Part shown: positions 53,646 to 64,000 of the stretch, one piece after another | How the letters are laid out: each line of letters starts with the position of its first letter | Position numbering within the stretch: position 1 is the stretch's first letter | Assembly (NCBI RefSeq): GCF_006345805.1 | Contig: NC_043013.1 | Location: 12,028,001-12,092,000 of the forward strand | DNA from: Octopus sinensis | Taxonomy: Eukaryota | Length of the DNA: 64,000 bases | Direction: 5' to 3' | The notes under the pieces: model-generated | The model's database searches: none | What the model saw: only the letters and a program-made list of their open reading frames with translations | What the model was told of the DNA's origin: nothing | Translations under genes and position numbers: made by a program

Positions 53646-53893
53646 GTGGGTGTGTGTGTGTGTGTGTGCGTGTGTGTGTGTGATTCAGCGGTCGTAACTG
53701 TCCAGGTATATATATATATACATTATATACATATGTATATATATATGCAAATAATTGTACATATATATATATATATAAGATATATATGTTATCAAACATA
53801 TATAAGGCATAAAATATACATATATTTCTCATTATGTATCTGTAAAATATATACATTATATGCATAGGTATATATGCGTGCGCATTACATATG

Positions 53894-53940
<47 letters not shown>

Positions 53941-54519
53941 TGGTGTGTGTGTTGTGTGTGTGTGTGTAATACAACAAAGAAATATTGAAATGGTTAGAGA
54001 GGGGTGGACGTGCTCAGATGCATGCATGCACAACCGTTCAGAAGGTAATTATTTCAAGTATGATGAGGTATAAAGGGGGTAGAAGGACGGGTGGATGCAT
54101 AAACGCGCACGCACACACATATACACATGCACATACATACACACACACGCACACACACACACGCACACACACACACGCGCGCATACCGTTGTTGTGATTA
54201 CATCATAAATGAAATGTCATTTGATATTTATGATCAGAGATGAGTCGGTTCCAACGATTTTGGAATAACGTTACATTGGATGAATTCTATGAAGAATCAA
54301 CTGGAAATTAGGATGGGATTTTGTACACCCAGTAACATCCTCATATACACAGGTACCCCGACTACAAACACGCGTACACGCACACAAACACGCACACATT
54401 CACACGCGCAGACACAGTCACAGAAATATTCATATAAATACACATGTATATACAACGAGAAATGTGCATTTTTATAGATAAACAAAAACAGGCACACAAA
54501 CAAAAGACTATCTCTCTTC

Positions 54520-55155
<636 letters not shown>

Positions 55156-55156
55156 G

Positions 55157-55202
<46 letters not shown>

Positions 55203-55849
55203 GATATAATATATAATATATTTAAGTATCTATCATATATCTATTTATCTACCTAATACTCAACTATCTATCTATCTATATATCTATCAATCTACCGACC
55301 AATCTATCTATTATTTTGTATAACAACACGAAATTGTGAAACGGTTACGTATAAATGCATACACGCATTCACAGGCTCACAAATACACAGAACCATGAGC
55401 ACACTCCTCACGCACGCATGAATTCGCACACACACACACACATACATATAGATATTGACATGCATAAACATGCATACACACAAACACGCACACGCACACA
55501 CATTCACAAACACACATACACACACACGCACAAGCACGCACGCAAACACACAGACACATATACACGCATGCATATACACACCCACATAGCTTTGTACAGA
55601 TTTCTAAAGCCAACGCTATGAAACATACACATGCGGGCACGAGCTGTCACATGTGCATACACGCATGCTCCCGCGCACATACACGCATGCGAATTTACAA
55701 AAGGCATGCGTACAGCGATCAGACACTTTTATATCAGAAAGTAATCAACAGGAGACACACATTCACACAGCACACATACAGACACACACACATATTTCCC
55801 CAACAACTAATTTCATACATATATAGTGTGGGTGTATGTCTGTATATAT

Positions 55850-55853
55850 ATAC

Positions 55854-55899
<46 letters not shown>

Positions 55900-55962
55900 T
55901 ATACACAAATATATCCACAAACACAATATACATACATACATATATAAATATATATATATACC

Positions 55963-55993
<31 letters not shown>

Positions 55994-56200
55994 ATTTATA
56001 TATATATATGTGTGTGGTGTGTGTGTGTATATGTGTATATACAGATATATATATATTATATACACAAATATATCCACAAACAACAAATATACATACATAC
56101 ATAGACATATATATACATACCAATATATATATATATATATATATATATGGTGTGTGTGTGTGTGTGTGTGTGCATATAAGGAGGTGGTGAGAAAAGAACC
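55850..56200 (+). repeat. About 185-bp tandem duplication within AT/AC microsatellite
   Basis: tatacacaaatatatccacaaaca(a)ca..tatacatacataca occurs at about 55900 and 56060. Confidence 0.75.
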
Positions 56201-56277
56201 GGAGTAGGACGCTGGCAAACACCAACACACACACATACGCACACAAACACACATAGACACATATATATGTGTATATA

Positions 56278-56319
<42 letters not shown>

Positions 56320-56363
56320 ATATATATATATATAATATATAATATATATATATGTATTATATA

Positions 56364-56680
56364 CGCGGGGCTTCTTTCAGTTGCCACCTACCAAATCCAC
56401 TCACAAGGCTTTGGTTGGCCCGAGGCTTGCGACTCCGTGGAACAAGCTGCCAGACGAGATGGTGAAGATGCCGACGACTCCCTTGACCTCAAGTGGCCTG
56501 AACTCTTTACATGAACACCACCCTGTACTTAACTCCATGTCCCCCTACATGGCCTTGCTATTTGCTTTTGAGCCAAATTAACTAACTAACTAACTAGAAG
56601 ATACTTGCCCAAGGTGCCACGCTTTGGGACTGAACTCGGAACGATGTCGTTGGGAATGAGGCTTCTCACCACACAGACGG
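56364..56680 (-). mobile_element. SINE family A head interrupted by a LINE insertion
   Basis: SINE sequence stops at gaggct (56427) and resumes at agaagatacttgcccaagg (56596). Confidence 0.88.
56428..56595 (+). mobile_element. 5'-truncated CR1-like LINE 3' end with (AACT)n tail
   Basis: TPWNKLPDEMVKMPTT..LDLKWPELFT* resembles CR1 C-termini (V..WN.LP.EVV.A.S...FK..LD..W). Confidence 0.75.
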
Positions 56681-57319
56681 TTCTGTGACTATCTTGCTCC
56701 TTTGTATATATATACATATATATGTGTGTGTGGTGTGTGTATGCGTGCGCGTGTGTGTGTACTTATGTATGTATACTGAGTGAAGAATAGAGGCGCTTGC
56801 ATAATACAACAAAAGACACTACTTGCTCTCACTCAGACAAACAAAAACTCACATACTTGCATGCGTATCTATTTATCTATGTCCATCTGTACATACGCGC
56901 ACACACACATAAATACATATATAAAATTTATATATATATATCCTATATATAAAATATATATATATATGTATATATAAAAGTACAAAGAGAGATAGGGGTT
57001 ATTCTGTCTTATCCTGTTGGATTTGTATGTTCCTATTTAATCTAAATAATTAGTTAATAAATTATATGAATTGGTATTAACTGGAAGTTGATGATTGAAA
57101 GAAATCTATTCCTCCATTTTCTTATAAACAGACATATGAATCTAAACTTATATATATGTGTGCGCGCATGAGTTTGTGTGCGTATGTGTATATATATATA
57201 TGTGTGTGTGTGAGTGTGTGTGTGTGTGTGTCTGTGTGTTTGTAAATACTTCTAGATATCTATCTAAACATGCTAAAATTAAATATATGAAGCGAGATGT
57301 TTTAAAGGGAAGAGAAACA

Positions 57320-57670
57320 ATAGTCTTTTCTACTCTAGGTACAAGGAAGGAAATTTTGGGAGAGAGGGCTAGTCAATTAGATCGACCCCAGTGTGCAACT
57401 GGTACTTGGTTTATCGACCCTGAAACGACGATAAGCAAAGTCGACCTAGGCAAAATTTGAACTCAGTACGTAAAGACAAACGAAATATCGCTAATCATTT
57501 CGCCCTGCGTGCTAACGTTTCTGCCAGATCTTCACCTTAGCAGAAAAACCTTAATAAGCCTTAAAAGGTGAAGTGCACTTCGGTAAAGATTGAACACAGG
57601 GCGTGCACATTCGAAACGAAAGAAGCTACGCATTGTATCCAGCCCTAACATTTCTGCCAGCTCGCTGATT
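57320..57670 (-). mobile_element. SINE family B copy plus a second partial head
   Basis: aactggtacttggtttatcgaccctgaaacg...aaagtcgacctaggcaaaatttgaactcag...ctaacgtttctgccag. Confidence 0.8.
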
Positions 57671-57679
57671 AACTTTAGC

Positions 57680-57682
57680 AAA

Positions 57683-57728
<46 letters not shown>

Positions 57729-57764
57729 ATAATAATAATTATTATTATTATTATTATTATTACC

Positions 57765-57796
<32 letters not shown>

Positions 57797-57817
57797 CATT
57801 ATAATTATTGTTATTAT

Positions 57818-57849
<32 letters not shown>

Positions 57850-57850
57850 C

Positions 57851-57887
<37 letters not shown>

Positions 57888-57941
57888 GTTACTACTACTA
57901 CTATTATTATTATTATTATTATTATTATTGTTATTACTATA

Positions 57942-57985
<44 letters not shown>

Positions 57986-58015
57986 CATTATTATTATTAT
58001 TATTATTATTATTCC
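57680..58015 (+). repeat. (ATT)n/(CAT)n microsatellite
   Basis: Direct tandem repeat. Confidence 0.95.
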
Positions 58016-58559
58016 ATAATACTCATTCATACAGACTCACTTTTACATTTATATTTACATGCTTATACATTTGTATTTTGCATTAAGCCATATGTACAAT
58101 GATACACGCATACACACAGACATGTACACCCACACACAGACACGCAAACACATATAACTATTAATATTTGTAAATATGACTGTATGCATGCGTATCTGTG
58201 TATGTGTGTGCATGTATGCGTCTCTGAATATGTGTATGTGTGTGTGTATGTGTGTGTATGTGTGTGTATGTGTGTGTAAGTGTGTGTGTGTGTGTGTGGA
58301 CATCGATAGATGCCTGAAGGATCACACAATAACACCAATCCATTAAATATTGATTCCAATTGTGATTCATGTTTACTTAAATTTTATGAAAAGTAAGAGA
58401 CACGCTTATATACATATACATTAACTCATTACATACAGAGAGAAGGAGGCAAATCTTCAAACGCATTAAAATGTGTAGCCAAGTCTGTGTGTGCATGTAT
58501 GTTTGTGTTTGTGTGTTTGTGTATAAATATATTTCTATGCATATATATATAATGTACAT

Positions 58560-58640
<81 letters not shown>

Positions 58641-58650
58641 CATATTATAT

Positions 58651-58697
<47 letters not shown>

Positions 58698-59091
58698 TAT
58701 ATAATTATATGTATATGTGTACGTGTAACACCAAATTTATATTTATTGTCAATTGTAATCAGTCGAATGCATTTTACACGCACATACATACCAGCCAAAT
58801 GAATATATAAACGGATCCAGAGACAAATATATGTCTCTCCTGTTCTCCCTTTTTCTCTCTCCCTTCCTCCCTTTCTCTATCACTTTTTCACTCACTCTCA
58901 TCCCCTCTCCCTCTCTTTCTATATATATATATATATATACATGTACACACACATGCATACATACATATATATATATATAGGAATATACTAATATACATAT
59001 ATACAAAAAGAAATATATATATATACATACACATATGCATATATATACATATATTTATATATATACATATATATTTATTTATATATATATA

Positions 59092-59134
<43 letters not shown>

Positions 59135-59229
59135 GTATATACATACATATAGATAGATAGATAGACAGATAGGTAAATATAAGCCACATATTTATCCTAC
59201 ATGCGCACGTACATATATACATATATGTA

Positions 59230-59271
<42 letters not shown>

Positions 59272-59585
59272 TACATATATACAATATACATATATATATA
59301 TACATATATTTACTATACTACATACATATATATATATATATAGAGAGAGAGAGAAAGGGCAGAGGGGGAATAGAGAGGGAGGGAGAGAGACATATACATG
59401 TTTGCATAGAACAACAGAACAATACCTTACATGTCACAACAGAAATCTTCTTGGACCTTTTGTTTCGCTTCTCTGTGTATTTCCCTATGTTTAGTTGCCG
59501 TGCTTGTGCGCATATATATATATATATATATATATTATATTCTTTAAGCGAAATTGCTTATCTCTTTGTGCTTATATATATTATA

Positions 59586-59628
<43 letters not shown>

Positions 59629-60090
59629 TATATACTTGTAAGTTGAGTGAACGTATGAATGTATACCTCACTGTTTATTCGTTCACAAGTTTGGGTTTTG
59701 TATGTTTAAATAAAACTTACATAGGATTCTGAAATAAATAACTACATGAATAAATATATAAATAAATAAATAAATAAATAACACGAAATAAACACAAAAA
59801 TGAAATTAAATATAAAATAAAATAAAATAAAAATGAAATAAAACCAAAAATAAGCCCTCCCTTGATGTCTGAACGGTGAAATTACAGGAGCTTAGTTGGC
59901 AGTACTGGTTATCTGTTGCATGACGCTTGGAGTCAGAAGACCTCTTTTGATGTAGGAATAATTCTGTCAAGAATCACTAGAATGAATTTTCAACAACAAC
60001 AGAAAATCCACCCCCCGTCATCCCCCGAAAACTATAAGCAAAACAACAACATCAACTACACCAATAACAACTACAACAACGACAGTAATA

Positions 60091-60158
<68 letters not shown>

Positions 60159-60245
60159 TGGTGAGTGGCAAGCATGTTTATAGAGAAGAAAAATGAGTGA
60201 CAAAGGTAGGTGGTGGGTTGACCCTCTTCTAATCTTGTTTGACAG

Positions 60246-60315
60246 GCTCTGCCGATCAAATGAAGTGGATAGGCTTGTCCAATGAAGAATTGAAGTTCAT
60301 TGTTAAATATGCGTG
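60246..60315 (+). CDS. Candidate 70-nt internal exon (phase 1 to 2), xSADQMKWIGLSNEELKFIVKYAW; product unknown
   Basis: Branch site ttctaat, then cttgtttgacag| acceptor and GTG|gtaaat donor; protein-like composition in unique sequence. Confidence 0.4.
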
Positions 60316-60742
60316 GTAAATCTCCTACACATGATTTGTTGATGTTTGGCCTCTTTGCGTATGTGTGTGTGTATGTGTGTAAGTGTAAGTATGTGCGTGT
60401 GTGTGTGTGTAAGTATTTGTAAGTGTGCGTGTGTGAATGTGAATGTGTATGTTTGTGCGTATTTGTGTGTGTACGTGTGTGTGTGTGTGTTTACGTGTAT
60501 GTGTGTGTTAAATTATTTTCGAAATCGAAAAAGGGGAAAAAATACAATAGAGAAGTGTTGTTGTTGTTATTATTGCTATTTTTATATATCTTTCTTTTTA
60601 TGATTTTAATTTAATTTATTACTACTATACAAAACGTCAAACACGCATGCTCTTACCTTTGTGTATATGTATGCATGTATATCTATGTATTTGAATTAAT
60701 ATATATATATATATACATATATATACATATATATATATATAT

Positions 60743-60786
<44 letters not shown>

Positions 60787-60980
60787 TATACATATATAGA
60801 TATGTATGTATATATATGTTTATACATATATATTCATATATACATATGTATGTAGGTATGTGTGTATATATATATATATACATATACTCAATCATCCACA
60901 TATATATGTATGCATATATGTAAGTAAGTATGCATGCATCTGTGCATGCTTATGCACATATACAGCCATGTACATATATC

Positions 60981-61017
<37 letters not shown>

Positions 61018-61879
61018 GTATATATATGTATGTATATGTATGTATGTATGTATGTATGTATATGTATATGTATATATATATACGTATGGATACTTACATA
61101 TCACATATGCATATTTATGCATCAGAATAGGGATGGGAAGTGATTTAAAGGAAAAGAGAATGAATTGAGGGAGAGAATAAAAGTGCAATACATGTATGTG
61201 ACTTTTTTTGTATTTTCATTTCATCTCATTTCCTCCTCACCCTGCCACTCCTTGGATATTTTCCCCCCTCTCTTACTGCTACGCCACGTTTATTGTAATT
61301 TACCTTACCATTTAAATTCAGTATACTTATAAGCATATATGTACATATGTATATGTATGTGTGCATGAATGTATGTATATGTATGTATATAAATGTATGT
61401 ATATGTATGTGTGAGTGTTTGTATATGTGTGTGTGTATGTGCGTGTGTTTTAGTGTGTGTGAGTACATGTATTTTTTATGTATGTGCCTTGCTCACTAAG
61501 GCTACAAATGATTGACAAACAAATAAAATTTTAATTTTTAGTGATATTTATATATACATATGTTTGTGTATACACTATACACACATGCGAATCTATATAT
61601 CTATACAAACCATGCAGACACTTACACACACTAACACACACACAAACACACACACACAGTCACACACACAGACACTCATATATATACATGTACATAAACA
61701 TTTATATATATATGTTTATACATATATATATATACACATACAGAAAAATTTACATGCATGTGTCTCAATATATATATATTCATTCTGAATATTCATACAT
61801 AGATACAAATATTCATACACAGATACAATCTACATTTCTACCTTAAATATTTGGAAATACAACCAGCAGCGAAATTAAG

Positions 61880-62215
61880 TAACAGCCAACCAGATGTTAT
61901 GTAACGACGAGATGTTTATAAATGAACTATTTGTGGAGATCAGCTTCGCACTTGAGATCAATGTGCAAAGAGAATTACAGGAGAAAGGATGTCTGTAGAT
62001 TATTGATGAAGATCCGCCTAATCCAATCTCTATGAAACCCGCTCAGATTTATATCCATTACTGCTGAAGAGACTTGGTATGTTCCAACCAATCTTGATTA
62101 ACGCATGGACTATCGCAGATCCTTGGAGAATGAATGCATCTCTGGAATTCATACGCTGAAGAGGATTAAATTATCTAGAGCAACAAAATTTTGTGAAAAA
62201 TTCTGTATCTAGGAT
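61880..62215 (+). mobile_element. RLE-type non-LTR retrotransposon C-terminal relic (second family)
   Basis: Frameshifted QPDVM*...TIVEISFALEINVQRELQEK...LG.VPTNL resembles PD..(D/E)xK RLE domains. Confidence 0.55.
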
Positions 62216-63178
62216 GAATTATTGCCCTAAGGAAGATATGTTCCTAAAAAAAATTAGCAGAACGAATATCGCTGATCAGAATAAACATTAAAATACTAAT
62301 CAGAAAGAAATATATACCTAAATATATATTTACAAACATACATACGTGCATGCATACATATATACTTAAATACATACACACGCACATACATAAAAAGCAA
62401 GAGAAAGATTACATCTGTTGAACTTTTATAAAGTGTTTGCAAATTCCGTACCCAAGATAGACTTTCTAATTCATATCTTATTATTGGAGACACAGGATCT
62501 TTGAGATAGAATGGAAAAGTTATATGTACTCTCTTAGAGTACATCTCCTGATGTGAATATCTCTTCGAAAAATCAAAAAGTTTGTGGATAAATTTTGGAC
62601 AACTTCTTCGGGGCCTATAGCTTCTGTACCCAGACTATAGATTCACATTAACACCAATAACAACTGGTATACTGTTATATCGCAATACTACATAGTGGCT
62701 GTGTAAGCTACGAAATCCTAGTCGCTACTGTTATCTTGCACGTTCGGATGACCTCTACCCAACTCCTCCGACTGTTCTGCTCTGGTCTCTTGACTTCTAG
62801 GCTTCTCCCTCTATATCTACGTATTGGGCTAGCCTACTTCATCGTCTGGGGGCGTCCACACAACATACACATCATGTTAGAAGTATACAATTAAGTTATT
62901 ATCAGGAAAAGTTAGTGTTTCCAGAAAAAGAATTCAACCAGCTAACACGATTATAGCAAATACAATCTGTAAGCAGAGCAATAAAAATTATGCAAAACTT
63001 TTTTAAAGTTGAGTATGTGACATACTTTTATTTACTATAGTCTAAAGTTAGATCTTTTTATCCTTGCTAGAAACCAGAGCTTTTTTATATGTAGTCTCCA
63101 AATATATGGAAATGGAAGTAACGACCGTAGGCATTCGTTTACACTTCGGATACAAGATTAATATATTTTCCGACTCTA

Positions 63179-63410
63179 GGGCGGCGAGCTGGCAGAAACG
63201 TTAGCACGTCGGGCGAAATGCTTATCAGTATTTCGTCTGTCGTTACATTCCGAGTTCAAATTCCGCCGAGGTCGACTTTGCCTTTCATCCTTTCGGAGTC
63301 GATAAATTAAGTACCAGTTTCGCACTGAGATCGATGTAATCGACTTAATCCCTTTGTCTGTCTTTGTTTGTCCCCATCTATGTTTAGCCCCTTGTGGGTA
63401 GTAAAGAAAT
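63179..63410 (+). mobile_element. Young full-length SINE family B with 18-bp TSD
   Basis: Near-identical to 22395-22620; TSD atatattttccgactcta at 63161-78 and 63411-28. Confidence 0.95.
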
Positions 63411-64000
63411 ATATATTTTCCGACTCTAATGTTACAACCGTCAACCTTGTTATATATCTGGTTATTCTCCAGACCGCTTTCATTGAGAATGCATTTTGTT
63501 CAAGATTTTACTCATGTTTCTCTCAAAGTTTAGTTCACCAAGCAGGGATTTGCTACAAAGAACTGGTTACGAACTCAATAATAATTGAAAATAATTGAAG
63601 AAAACAATGTAAAGAAAATGAAGCAAAATCTTTTCTAATTGTTGTTGTAGAAGGATAGAGCCAGGAGACATTCATGACTCTGTGAACGTACGTAAAATAT
63701 TTGAGAAATTTAACATGTATTAAGTGCATATATGCAGTCGTGTCTGTGTGGTTTAAAAGCTCAATTGGTAATCTCTCGGTTTGGTACAACAGGCAGATAC
63801 AATAAATTTTAAAAAATAAAATAATAGTACGGAGTCGAATTTTTTTCTCTACTGAAACTCTTAAAAGCAGTTGGCCAACTTAGTCGCAGTCTAATTACTG
63901 ATATGTGAAAGATATGTTAGCCAAACACGCAAATCCACACATGGTATAGCTTTCATGTGTGTACATCACATACAGGAAGGCAAAATTAAGTATCATAACC

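Noticed and set aside
60246-60315. Naming the candidate exon as globin helix A or C-type lectin (WIGL)
   Set aside because: Spacing and downstream residues do not fit either family, so it is left unnamed.

Overview
AT-rich eukaryotic non-coding DNA, most likely from a coleoid cephalopod (Octopus-like), inferred from the extreme microsatellite load and the SINE families. There is no complete protein-coding gene and no rRNA, tRNA or CRISPR array, and one 100-N assembly gap lies at 37195-37294. Nearly all ORFs in the supplied track are read-throughs of simple repeats. The interpretable content is mostly mobile-element debris: several tRNA-derived SINE families; decayed mariner, piggyBac, R4/Dong-like (RLE), CR1-like and RTE-like elements; an internally deleted Gypsy element with both LTRs; and Penelope-like (PLE) pieces. 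A few short plus-strand candidate exons have good splice signals but no recognisable product. The most notable signal is a set of hammerhead-ribozyme (HHR) motifs: one fully canonical type I HHR (4401-4448), near-canonical or decayed PLE-type copies, and two diverged PLE-like tails (24579-24653 and 19781-19859) whose three HHR strands occur in an order that is not one of the three classical circular permutations. All analysis was by eye; no database search or folding program was run.
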